DNA of 41,742 nt. It comes from Catajapyx aquilonaris (Eukaryota). Below the pieces are notes generated by a model. That model did not search any database. It saw only the letters and a list, made by a program, of their open reading frames with translations, and was not told the origin of the DNA. Within the stretch, counting starts at the first letter, position 1. Each line of letters starts with the position of its first letter. Positions 10,329-23,938 of the stretch are shown here, piece by piece. The position numbers were made by a program, and so were the translations under genes. The stretch lies in the NCBI GenBank assembly GCA_000934665.2, contig JYFJ02003445.1, positions 1 to 41,742 of the forward strand. Reading direction: 5' to 3'.

Positions 10329-13300
10329 TCACCAGAGGGTGCACTTCTCTCGGGTTGGGTTCATTGGTGAACCAACAGGGCACTGAAAGGCCTCAGCAAA
10401 CTCTGGAGTGTTCATCAGCATACCATTCACCCTATACAAAAGATATTGTCATCAAATGACATGTGGAGGCTGATGTGTGCGAGGTAATTTACCTTTCAGG
10501 ATGTGGTGTGTGTTCATCTAGTTCTAGGAGGAACACGTAGGCCATTGGACTCATCACAGAGCAGTATGCCTGAAAATCAATGTAGTCAATGTGATTCATC
10601 TCAAATATGTAATAATGAAACCTCTCAAGTGATTGGACACTCTGAAATTAATTGTAAGGTCTTCTGCCTAACAATAGATCTCCCAAGTGCTTTTCAATTA
10701 TGAAGGATTAAAAGTGCCTCTTTACAGGCTCGTGTTCTGTTGACTATTGCTCTAAGTATAATAGGGAAAAGTTCTTAAATCACATAATTGCCAAAAATCA
10801 CAGAACCAACTTTATCCTCGAATCTTTCATAAAATATTATGATCTATTGCATCTTAATACCTGTGCAGTGCTGAGAAAGAATAGCTGTGTGGTGGTCATG
10901 TTCATCCCAGGTAGAAGTGGCTGTGGACCATGCTCCTCTTCCCAGGTGTGGTATGCCCTCAGAGCATACTTCAATCCCCCCAGATCAGCTGTATTCTCAT
11001 TGAGGGTGAAGTTGCCATCGAAGGAAAGCACGACTTTCCGACCCTCATACATCACTTCTCTGGCCGAAAAGAACGATCCTGTCCCTGAGGATGACGATGA
11101 GAAGTGATTGGCCAAGCAGGACGAGTCCCGGAGGAATCTTTCCTTGGCTTCGGCGGACCACCACTCCCGCATGGTTCCAGTGGCATCAAACGCATGTCCG
11201 GCTCCATCAAAACCATGAAGGACTTCATGTGCAAGGGTGCTGCCCATGGCCCCAAAATTGAGATATGAAGGCAATCCAGTCCCAAAGTGTGGCTCCTCCA
11301 GCAGTGCCATGGGCACCACAATGCTGTTGAACTGCTGGATGTAAAATGCATTAACCACAAAAGGGAAGGTAATGAAGGCCCAGGTGACAGTGGCTTTCTC
11401 AACAGGTTCCCGGTATAGCTCATACAGCTGCCGACGAAACAGGCGGTACATCTGCATCACATTGCCGAAGAAGTCCGTCGGATGTAGATCAACTTGAGAC
11501 ATGCTCTCATCCAGGTAATCTGGGTCATCATAGAAATCTGGTGCCACCAGGTTGGCCTTCAGCTGCTTCACTTTCCGGACTGCTTCAGCACGGGTGGTGT
11601 CATCCATCCACTCCACTTCAGACATACCCTCCACAATGCTGCCCCTCACACGCTCAAACAGCTCTGCCATCTTGGAACAATCAGAATACAATTGCCATGT
11701 GTACTGATAATAAATTGAAGATAATTCACCTGTTTCCTAGTGTTGGTCAGCTTCCGAGGACTAAAGTGCTGCAGATAGAGACCTGAGAGAGCCTCACCGA
11801 ACCCTGCAGATGTAGCTTGTACACAGAATCGCCACCTCTCCCCTGCACCTTCCTCCCCGGCCATCTCCTGCTGTTGTGACATAATCGGAACATGAGTCAG
11901 CTCTTGCAGCACGTCCCTCCCGTACAATGCCAGCATGGTGTTGTACAAAGTCCTGCAACACCGATTCATGTTAGAGGCCAGGTTACTATGTCATTTTGTA
12001 CCGCATACCTCGGATCGGAAAACTTGACGAGAAGGCTCAGTCGACGGAAGTAGTCCGGATAAGAGATGTAGATTGGTTCGTTTCCTGTCAGGTTGACTCC
12101 CATAAGTTCCTCCAGAAACGGCTTCCATTGCATCTGCAAATGACAAAAATACGGTTAACAAGATCTTTACAGTTTTCATCTGTTCTACAATTATGACGAT
12201 AAATAACTCGCATAATTGACATGATGTGTACTATATCAGGCATGGTGTGTTTATGTTTACTCGTTGTGCACAGACCGATTTGGGTCAGTCTGAAAATTGC
12301 GGTCAAAATATTGATTCAATGATGGTTGCGGCTCTACTAGTTAGTAAAATAAACCGCTGTAGAGCAGGAACATTTTGTATGTCATATACTGCACATACTT
12401 TAAGAAAATGACACAAATTCATCAGTACGTGCCTGCGGTCCACCTTTAAAATATTAATGAACCCGACAGACTTATTAAGCTTGCTTTCATTTGAGAAGTC
12501 ACGAAATCATATACTGCAAGCAGGGATTACTTACGAAGTTATATTTCCTTTGAAGCTCGTCCAGAGTGAAAGCGTTGTATATCTTGTTCTGCTGCTCCCA
12601 AAGCTTCCTTTGGCGAGGCCCTGGCACGATCTAGTTACGAGAAGAGAATTCAAAATGAGTCTCTTCTTACCAAACCCATATTAAAGCAAGTCTCACGAAA
12701 CGGAAACTGTCGCATAAAAATGAGAATTGCACGTACTTGATTTGAATATGATTTGCAGAATATCCGCCCATATTTCGAGCGTGACTGCGTTACGAACTAG
12801 GAAAGCTTTCAAGCGAAATGAGACCATAAAGAAATATTTCATGCAGACTTGATTCCCCAATGCAGTTTATAGGTCATGGCAATGTAATGCTCAAAATGCT
12901 ATTTGAATTGCTATTGTTTTTACAGCTCGCTTCAGTTTCAATAACTCGTGCGACCTTTAAAATGTTAAAGGTTCTTTGATGTAAATACCTGCTATCTTCT
13001 CGGTATGTGAAATGTTGTGAAAATGTCTTTAACACTGGAGACGTCTGTTTCTATTCAGCGCTTGAGTGTGCTTATAGACCCTTATTGGGTTACAACCTGA
13101 CCTTTGAACTAAACTATTTTTTGCAATATGGCATCAGTTTATTTTCCTATATAAAATTCCCATGTGTAGTGACGTCTTATTTATCTGCAGCCACGAGAGA
13201 TTTACTCCTCCAATCCCCGTATTGACAACCATACTATATATAGCAACTGTGATGAAAAAGCTTGCTATAAAGGAACCAACTTACTCAGGCCTGATTGCCC

Positions 13301-16300
13301 CCAAAGCCTATGGGAGCATGTGGAGGCGGCCCAGGTTTTCTTAGACCAGGAAATATACACCAAAATCGGGTCAAGGCAAGCTGTCAAATGCTTATTACAT
13401 GTATAGATATACGAGGTCACATTTCATGGGGACCTCATGTATATTTGACTATTGTATTGCGGGCGTACCGATTATTGTTTTCAATTTTGGGAGCTTGGTG
13501 TAGGCCTGTAGGGCAAGAGTCACGCACCTTTGGTAGAGATATAAATAAGCCCGATGGTCAAAAAGCAAATGGGATAATTCGGGAGTCGATTCTTATCGTG
13601 ACCTCCAGAAGGCACTGCCCGTGCATATCCGTCAATCTGTGTCTCTGGAGGAAAAAGGTAGAAGGGAGGAAAAAAAATGCAATTTAGTCCAATAAGGCTT
13701 CTCGTGAGGTCGGTGCTAATGAAGTTATAGACCCATTGTAGAACTGTAGAAACTCTGAACTTCCACCTTATGACCTCTTACTTTTGAACATAGGCGCAAA
13801 ACTTCTGACCTATTGCAGGTGCAATTAGCGTATGCACTGCAGCAGTGCATTATTCGACGGTATGACGCATAAATGCTCGTATGAAATTCCATAATCAACT
13901 GACGAGACTACTTTTTACGGACTAATTAGCGCGCATTATGTATGAAAAGTTGGTGTTATTGGGATACCCCCCATTTGCGCTGGAATAATTGCAAAGCCTG
14001 GAGAGAAGCAATATGCATTCTAGTCATTATGTAACACCCTCGTTAGTGTCAAGGTGATGGAAGGAGACTGGAAAAGAAGAAAGGGAAGGTAGGAGTAAGG
14101 TCGATATTATAAAAGTGACTGAACTTAAAGATCAGCGAATCAATGTAGTAAACAATTAATGGTCGCTAATTGACAAGTAAGAGACAGGCAACAATTAGTT
14201 GAACTGAAATGCCCACTTCATTAAGGGCCAATTATAACAGAGTGCGTCAGCAACGACGTGACCTTTACGCCCGGTCCTCATTTTTCAAGGGACATAACAC
14301 GCTGTATTTTGCACTTGAAGACCATTATCACAGTAACTCAAACCGGCCTAACAAATCCAAAATTATCATATGTACAGTACAGTGCAATATAGTGAATAGA
14401 ACAAGAACCCCCCTGGAAGTTTGCCGGTTTAAGTATAAACCTTACATATACGTCCCCTAAACTAAGCCCAGTGAGATTATCATAATTGAAACTGTGGGCT
14501 TTAGAGTACAGTAAACTATAAAGCGCTCTTAAAGCGTTGAGCTCTACTGTGAAGCTCGACTTATTTTTGCATCGTACCGTACACGCATTCGTTATAAGCA
14601 CATAACCGATTTTTTTTTGCTGCAATTATGGCACGCCTGCAGGCTAGCACCTCATCAGCATTTTCCAGTGAATGCTCTGGCGAGTTTGCAATTTGGTATG
14701 ACGAGAGACGGCGAAAAATTTGACGATAGTTTTTTTGATTCCGCATCAGAGAACAAACTCGTCGGCTGTGCGGGTAATCCCTATACGTTTCATTCGGATT
14801 TCACCAGTTGCATTCCAGCTATTGTTTGAACTGTTACCTTTTGGGCAGATAAAAAGTTTGGGAATTACAGTGCTGGTTACCCACAGGAGGATATCCTATA
14901 CTCCCTATGGGCTAGAAGTGGATCACTTGCATTACATTTGTTTATCCAATCGAATTTGAAGTTGACTGAGCTTAATTGAAGCTTAACAGTAAGAGCCGAC
15001 CTTCATCAGCCCTGATAACAAACAGGCATTTTGTGAAATTAATAATGCACACAGCGAATGCCGAATAATCATGTTGGCATTATTAGTCAATTCTCATCAC
15101 GGTTGACAGGCACTCCCTAGGTGATATGTGATGAATTGTGACTCGTGAAATCGAGCTTGACATAGTTGTGGCTATTGAAATTGATTGGCTTCGGCTTTCC
15201 TTAATCACATCATGAACTGCACAACTTTATATGAACTAGCGCAGTCGCGCCGATTCTATGAGTATAAATCCGAAACGTAATTCGTGACTAGCCGTTAAAA
15301 TTTAATCAGCCCGAATACGTCATTTGCTTTAACTAATACCTCCTGCCTTAAGCAATGTATGTAGAAACTGCCAGTAAAATACCGGCTCCTTTGAAATTCT
15401 CTTTTCAAGGGTTTCATTACTTCTTCATACATCCCAACCTGATTGGAACGAGCGAACGGCTCCCGTAAGTCGCCACGCACACAAAGTTACCCAAAGAACC
15501 CCCTAGGTCCAAGTTCCTTTCTAAGTATTTCCCCTTATTCATTTTAATATCACAAGGTCAAGCCACAGTGAACAAGTCAACGTAGCCTAGTTGTTGCCCA
15601 AATAATACCCTTACTCTGGTTGCTAACTGAATTATGCATATGGGCAAGCGATCAATGACGGATGCTCAAGAGAACAGCCATGAATGTTTTACATACATAC
15701 TAGGGGCTTGCTTGGTAACACTAAACCTTTGTATCATATACCCTGTGAAACTGCGTGGGATTTGATCCGGATGTATCGAATAACGTAACGTAATGAGGTC
15801 TTACCTGTTGTAGAGCAGCAGCCATAGCAGTAATCCGCTTCAGCTCTCGACGGAATTGATCATGTGGCACCTTGTGTAATTGCGCAAACAATATGATTTG
15901 CTTCTCCAGTTCGGCTTGCTTTTGTCTCTGGACCGATTCCTGCAAATGAACGTACATTGTATTTATGTAAGCAACAAAAAGCTGAGAATAATTAGCATTA
16001 CCGAGAGCATGTTGTACAACTTCTTTCGACTCATCCCTGGACTTGTGGCGTTTGTGTCGTCTTTGCTGCTGCCATTAGTACTTCGCATGTCGTCTGTTAC
16101 GTTGTACTGCTTTTGCTGCTTGTCTGTCTTGTCGTCATCCTCTTTTGGCTCTTCCTCCATGTCTTCCTCCTCATCTTTAGGGCCAAGAGACTGCGAGACA
16201 CGGAGACTGGGTCGTCTCGAAGGATTGGGCAGACGTCGTTGCAAACGAGCAGCTTGTTGCTGCTTCTGGTTGTTCTCATGCTTCATGTTGGCCACTTCTG

Positions 16301-17658
16301 CCATCTGAAACATATCGCGGCGGTGGAGTCTAGGCAAATTGACTACCAGTTGACACGCACCATTCGGTCAGCCTGTGCTTCCCGTCTGGATCTGAGCAAC
16401 GACGGAATCAGGCCGTACTGTCTGGGCAAACCCAACAATAGGGCAAATCGGGTGTTGTTGGTGACATCAATGTCGAGTGTCACGTCGAAAAGAGGTGCCC
16501 CGTTGACCCTCAGAAGGCGGGTGAGGAAATCAGCCAGGTTCCATGGACGCTTCTGCACCTCTACGTCCCATTCGGACTGGCTCATGTAACCACCCAAGTC
16601 CTCAAGTACTTGAAGCACTACGTGACGTCATGACGTTAATATAATTCAGAGTATACAATGGACTGAAGTAATACCTTGTTGATGGGCATTGTCGGTGAAG
16701 TTGGCTGAATAGAGACAGCTCCTATAAAAATCCTTCAGCTTATGGAAAGCCTGTAGTTCGTCATCTCTTTTGGGGGCCTCCAACAAACCTGCAATAAGTC
16801 AACAACGTCATTGTTCAAGGGCGAAGCAAAAGTTCGAGTTTGTGAAAGGCAGAGAAAAATGAGGCTGAAATCCGCCTTTTCACATCGAGTTGGACAACTC
16901 ATTTATTGAAAGATTGGAGCGGTTCTAGAAAAGCCAAAGTTCTAAGGTCGCCACGAAAGTTCAAGAGCCTGGTGCTCAAAACCAACCCTTGATTTGACGA
17001 TGAACGTTGTCCCTTAGCTCGTTGAGATTGATGGCATGGTAAAGCTGGTCAGGGGGGAGCTGCACTTGTTTCTGCCAACCTCCACATGCATGTTGAAAGA
17101 AGTTTTGGCAAGGATCGGTGTCCGGGTCAGAGTGCGTGAGCAACCGATGGGCCACCAGCACGCACTCTTTCGACACGCACAGAGGCGTCGTCGGCTCTGA
17201 AACTATCCGTGGTGTCGTGTATGCCGAGCAACATGACTGCAGTAAAAGGGTGGTCAATATCTTATTAATCAGAGGCCACTAGATGTATATACCGGTGTGA
17301 AGGTGTCCGAATCGTCCAGAGTACAAACTGGTAGCCTCTGGACCGGATGAGCATAGTTGGTGGCCAGGGCATCTTGTGTCCTGTACCACAGGGCAGCTCC
17401 CAGGGTAAGGAGCGTGATGGCCATGAGAAGCAGAGTGGTAAGGAATAAGAGGAGCTTCTCCAGAGCGCTTCTTCGTGCCCACCACCAACCGTGTCCGCCT
17501 CCAGAGGAGCTGCCCGCTGGTCCAACCTCCTCGATCTCAATATCGGGCATCTCGAATGCTTGCTTAGTGTTGGGCATCAGCTTTCTTTTGGCCCCATTCT
17601 TGTTGATAGGAGGGAGCTTCTTCTTGATGGGAAACACTTCGCCTGGCAGCGACGACAT
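10329..17658 (-). CDS. M13 family zinc metallopeptidase (neprilysin/endothelin-converting enzyme-like), type II membrane, ~952 aa
   Basis: Exons (minus) 17658-17293, 17236-16987, 16788-16675, 16617-16361, 16304-16002, 15939-15805, 12630-12535, 12133-12009, 11952-11730, 11670-10861, 10569-10493, 10431-10329; 2859 nt in frame. N-terminal TM (LLLFLTTLLLMAITLLTLGAALWY), PCQNFFQHACGGW, VNAFY, HEVLHGFD (HExxH), ENTADLGG (ExxxD), HTP..ERVNG and terminal CTLW. Confidence 0.93.
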
Positions 17659-19512
17659 GATTGCGTCACACCTGACGGCAATCGGGCAATGTGTGAAACG
17701 TTTGACATGAACAGGTTAGCCGGTTGTAAATCAGAGCAATTGGCCATTTGATACGTGTTTCATGGGCACGCAATGGGAATTGTTACAAAGACACGATGCA
17801 ATGTTGGAAAATGAAATATATTTACTCGCTGAGTGTAAAATACTGAACCCCAGGCGTGCTATGAGCAAAGCCTAATAAACTGCATATAGCCAAAGCCATT
17901 ATGTTGATATGTCATATTTCTCTTTAGAACTATAATGCCACATGGTTAAGTACCAGACGGTGCTGAAAATGGCCTGCGTGACTTGTCACATTCTCAACGT
18001 GGCCACAATCCCTTTTCGCCCGAAGAAATGTACAGTATGTATAGCCTCATTTGTCAATGACTTCTGAAGATGGAGCACAAACATAACCTTCTAGAGTTGT
18101 AACCATGTTGTACGACGTGTTGAAGTGAATTACTCTTCCAGACACCATATAAAATTGCTGCCATGTTTATATGATTAGATCAAATCGATGGCCAATCGTA
18201 TAGAGATCGCAGATACAACCTGACACAGACATTTAACATTGATGTGCTCTTCGATGTGCTCACTATAATAACAAGAGTCCGCCAGCTTTTATATAGATCA
18301 ACAGAGTTACCTACTGGAAAGTCTAATTATAGACTTCACTAATCCTACAATAATACGTATGTATAATCATTCTGAGTTATTTATTAAGCATCTGGAGAAC
18401 ACCTCGCCTCCTTGATTGCATTTTACGTACTTATGCATTAAGTGCTTTCAAGGGAGCCTATAGCGACACTGCATAATCATCCCTTATTATTCTCAAGAGA
18501 CGCAGGGAACGCCGTTCTAGTTGCGTAATTTGCGGTGGCGGGACTTAGTAAGTAATTACATTCGGTTCAAATAGTCTATAAAATTTTAAGCGACCGGTAG
18601 ACTTGTATCCCGCGGTGAAGCCCATGTACTCCACCCTCACATGATTTCGCAACCCACACTCGCCTACGGCCTATATGAACAGGAAGTGGTAATTAAAGCT
18701 GATTTGCATACCACCACACTGTACTGTACCAAATATGTATCAATCTCACCAGCCATATTTCGCAAAGGCGCATATACGATTTTCGGGCCACTTTTTAGGA
18801 AAGCCAGAGATGGTACTGATAGTAAGGCTATTTCTTCTCCGCATAAATCATGTCAGTTGAATTTCCTCTCTATATCTCCGCAGTTACAGTGCAGATAGGT
18901 GTATGCCCTTCGGCCACAACTGCCGAGCCAAGGGAGAAGACGCAGTTATTCGCCGCAAAAGTGTCAGGCATGCCCTTTGGCAAGATGAACAGAGATATGA
19001 AGGCACGGTACAGGAGACTATCTTTATTTTAATGCTGAGTGATGTTATCTATGGCATGTATGGTGACGGTTTTTATCTTAAGAAACGGGGAGAGTGGTTT
19101 TTCTTGCCCTGAAAAATCCTGAATTTATTTTATAATTTCGTTTCCAATAAGCATAGCAATTATTAATCCTAATTACTCGTACGGCACTTTTCATCCATCA
19201 CCGTCAACATTCTGTATTTCGTACGTTATTTTTTGTGAACCATTAAGCCAGATATCGTTTAAATACATTTTTAAAATATTGTATTTTTATGAGCAAATGA
19301 ATAACTAACATAATGATTAAAAATCAAACAACTGTACAAGACAATGTACCGGTACTGTAACTTGTATAGGCATAGTTGGGTTAATAAAGAAAGTCTCCTT
19401 TATCTTACTTTATTGAGCTCAAGGTAAATCATATTTTATGTCCCGATTTTTAATGAATGCATAATATCGGCATGACACTTTCCACAATGTAATTAATAAT
19501 AATAATAATATT

Positions 19513-19599
19513 GGGTGGAATTTTCGTCCCACTGATAGCCATGGCCAACACTGGTACTGATAAGTTAGCAGTAGCTATCAGTGGGACGAAAATTCCACC

Positions 19600-19600
<1 letters not shown>
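19513..19600. mobile_element. 88-bp mini-MITE with perfect 27-bp TIRs, inside an AAT/ATT microsatellite
   Basis: GGGTGGAATTTTCGTCCCACTGATAGC (19513-19539) / GCTATCAGTGGGACGAAAATTCCACCC (19574-19600); flanked by ATT on both sides. Confidence 0.8.

Positions 19601-19673
<73 letters not shown>
19601..19673. repeat. (ATT)n microsatellite, about 24 units
   Basis: Directly visible; a shorter (AAT)n run lies at 19495-19510 on the other side of the hairpin. Confidence 0.97.
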
Positions 19674-19676
<3 letters not shown>

Positions 19677-22600
19677 TCATAATAATAATCTCGTTGAAAA
19701 CTGAAGCGATAAATATGATATTTCAGGTCTCTGAATCACCTTGTACAGTATACGTACTAAACGCACAATAAAAAAGTACACATCTGACGTTCAGTTACAT
19801 ATCTCTGGTCTATACAGTACATTACTATTATTGCCGTGGCCGACATGAAAAGACACAGCATTGCCGGTTAATTTCATCGTTACATGTATTGTATTGCGTG
19901 CATCGCGTGACACTACGCGCAGTTGTGATTTCAAGTCTACGACCGGTGGCGTTATGACATTGGACACTTGACACGTGCTCGTGCTCTATAATAACTCTCC
20001 TATATCCATCTCACAATCCAACTCTGAACCTTATGTATATTACAATTCAAAATATTTATGAAATACCCATTTTAACATTTTATCCTTATAAATACTCGAA
20101 TTTAATTGTGCCAATAGCGAATCTGCAGTGCCGGAATTGTCTTTGAATGTGAAAATGATCACATGCTGACTTACGAACTACTGGTTGTTCCGCAAGGCCC
20201 CTGCGTCCACAGCAGCGCTGCCGAGCACAAGTGTTTGTTGGGCAGCCTCTGCTCACATCCACATCTACGTTCTGGGTCGATATGTGTCAGTTGGGCCGAC
20301 TAAAATGTCGACGGGAGCCTGGAGGGGCAGCAGTGGTAGGGGGTGGAGGAGAACAAAAAGCGGGGAGGGAGAGGGAGAGAGGGAGGTAGCGAAAGGGCCA
20401 ATCGATAGCCACGACTTGCACCTAGCTAACTATATGACTTTCATCATTATAGCCCTAAGCCTAATTAGACCAGCTGGATTCGAACTATTCGCGCCATATT
20501 GATCCATCGTATGGTGTTAATAGCGTATTAAATTTCATACACGGATTGTTCTAATTAAAATTCCTTGACGCTTCATCGCATACCTGATCATAGAGTTTGA
20601 TGGGGGGATCGGTTCACTGGAACTTTGATTTAAAAAAAAAGGTTGTCAGACTGCAGGGTCATATCAATCGATTTCAGTCTGAATGACTTCTATTCAAGAT
20701 TGTTTTGATTACTTACCTTTTTCTACATGTTTGGCCTTCGAAGCGTAGCGATTTCAATTTCCGGTCCATGTTTTCTCGAAAGAAATATACTGTAAATATA
20801 CGGGACTAGGAAAGAGGCTGTAAAATGTGATTGGATGGGAGAGGAAAATCCGCGAACAAATTAGTTTATATAGTTGACAGTGCTTGGGTTCTTATTAATT
20901 TTCGAAAATAACTTGGCAGAGGCGAAGGCAAATTCTGGCAGAAAATTTGGCTCCCTACGCTTGAAAGTTTGTAATCAGGAAGGAAAATACTTACAGTGCA
21001 GTGGCGTTGGCGGAGGTTCTTAAAGAGATGGGGATATATAGATTTTTCAGATATGGCCATACCGAGACCGAATTTTAAGTCAAATTTTATAACTTAATTA
21101 GCATGAACCAAATATATGCTACGAATTTTTAGAAATTGCATTTTTTTTAAATTAAAAAGTTTTTAAATTTATTGCATAAATTAGTGTCTGCCAATGAAAA
21201 TGCAGCAGGTGGCCTCGAGTTATCAAATGTGAAATACGAGTAACTTGAGCACTGAGAGCTATTAGAATATTTAATGCAATTATAGAAAAAGAACTTGGCC
21301 ATTCCCAGCTGGAGTTGGGGAAAGTGGAAGGATGCTGTTTTAACATTTTATCCGACTACATCAGGAGGATGCAATGAAAAAACGCCGTCACATATGTTAC
21401 TTCTTGCAATTTAATTGATCGATTCCAGAAGAAAATAAATAGATTCTTTTAACAACATAAAACGAAAGGAAAACGTGGTAGAAATGAGTAACGTGGCCAA
21501 TTAAGATTTAATGAAATTTGTACTTAAAATTACATGCGTGGTTCTTGTGACCCATGATGACCATCCGCATACTTCAGCTACACCCCCCACAAATTGCATT
21601 TTTGTCCCTCACCTGTTGAAGCAGAGTGTTTATAGGTGGGATAGGAAATATAGACAATAATTGGCCGGTTCTCACCTGCTTGCCTGTTGCCCGTTCATCT
21701 GTATTATTTCTATAATCTACTTTTTTGTTCTATGATATTAACACCTTCTACACGTTCCAGTAAAATATAGCTATGATATCATTAATTATACATGACTGAT
21801 ATTTTCTCCTTTCTCTCTCACGACTCTAATTCATTGCTCTTCTGAATTACATGGGTCTAAATTTTTTTTTGGACAGCACCAATATGGGGGTAGAAAATAC
21901 AACAAAATCAGGAGTGTTGTGAGAGAGAATAAGAAGAAAGGAAGAAAGAAGAAGACATCCTGCGTGCTGGAGGCCTACATTTGAAGAATGTAAATCCGGC
22001 TCATAAAGCGGCTCCTGAAAATATTTCCGTTTCAGTAAGATTTGAAATAATTGATTTTTTAAAATCACGACAACGATCGTTACAGAAGCTGACTTATGTC
22101 TGATTTGCATGCTAGACTCAAATCTAGCTAAAACAGAAAATTTTCCTATGCCGCAAGCAGATCTTTGAAAATGCGGCACAGGCGCCGCAAAAAAGTAAAT
22201 TTATAAATATATTACGTACAGGCTCTTTTTTTTAATACTTTATATTTATATATTATATTTTTTTAAACTCACAGTCTCTTTTCGCACTATCAGTCGTCTA
22301 TGCGGCCACGCATTTCCAGCGTTAATACCGATACATTTGTTTAAAATTATTTCAACATGATCTTTTTTATTGGTGTGTTGTTCTCTAATCTAATAGTGGT
22401 CCACTGGGGAGGCGAGTTGGAGACGCAGTACAGTACAGTACATGGCATGGCATGCTATGTCAAGTGGAGGACTCGGAATTGGACTTGCCCACATGGAAAC
22501 GGGGACAAGTTATCTGCGATGTGACATCTTGTCTCGTGCCATCTGATTTTTTTTTTCGAGATTCAAAATATGACAAAGTGACAAGACTGGAAAAAAAATA

Positions 22601-23938
22601 TAGTAACAATTTGACGCAAATGCGTGAGCGAGTGAGAGTGTAAGTGGTGAGTTCCATGTGGGCCGAGTAGGGCAGTTTAGGAGGAGTTCAAAAAATAAGC
22701 AAAATAGGAAAAAATTCACACACTCACACACTCACACACTCACCCGCTCACTGGTTGGTTCACATGCACTCTTCACCGTTCTTTTCTGCTTGGTGGTCAT
22801 TATTCGAGCCACGATTATCTCCCAAAATATTTGTTTCCATATGTACTTGTGCATTTTTTAAAAAAGAGTTACCGGCTGCATTAGTACTACAGCACACCAA
22901 GCCAGATCACATATTAAAAGTTCTATTAAAGTAAACAAAATTTTGACGTGCCCAAGTGAACCGACGTGATAAGGATGAGTCTCATGTAGGCTACGATACC
23001 GCTACACAATTCAACCGTTTCATGAGCCATACTGTGCGTTGGCTATGAAGCGGCTGTGTACTGGCTGTGTACTGCTATATTAAAGTATTCCACAGCCAGA
23101 CTTGCAGGGGTGGCACGGTGGAAAGGACCGACAAACCATCCTCGTGTAATTTACCGATCCTTTCAGCAACAGCGGACATACCGCAGTTAAAAACACCCTG
23201 ACCGGTAACTCCCCCGTGCATACATTTCGCCATAATATCACCAATAATTGCTGAAGAAACCGAGTGTGCAGGGTCACCCACCGAGGGTTGTTTATTATCT
23301 ACAGGCATTATGACGATTGCCAATAAGGCTCGGCCAATAATGACCTCCAATATATTGGGGGCAGGGAGATGGGGGGGACAAGGAAGAAAAAAGCAGGTCA
23401 ATAAAGTTATGTCTTTTTTCTTTTTCAAGTCTACTTCTACCAAAGATAGAAGTTGTCGACGGACCCAGAATGAATTGGGGGATGGTCGCTCACGAGGAAC
23501 ACAAAACAACAGAGTAAATAAACATCAAGGAGAAGGCTCGCTCAACACCGGATCACCTCACCACCTTAATCAGAATGATTGTTTGTTACCCCACTGGTTT
23601 ATACGACAGAGAGCTCCTTGCTCATTAGCATATTAAATGACGAAGGATGGGGCTGAGTAACGAAGGAGATGAAGAGAAACGAAGTGGATTAGTGGCCAAT
23701 GAAACAAGCAATATTGGGACCTCGTGGGCTCGGATTGCAAATGACGTCGATATTCACTAGGGCAGAAACAGTATTGGCGAGCCTTCCCACAGCCAACTAA
23801 CTAGAATTAAATGTATAGATTCAGTAGGGGGGTCAACATCAGGGAAGTGGGATGAAGAATTATTATTTTTTTTGCATTTTCTGATTTGTTTTAGATGTTT
23901 CAGTGTGGTGGGTGTGTTGTTGATGGCGATGGGGGTTC

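Noticed and set aside
19450..19771. Poly-isoleucine ORFs on both strands
   Set aside because: Translation of the ATT/AAT microsatellite and palindrome.
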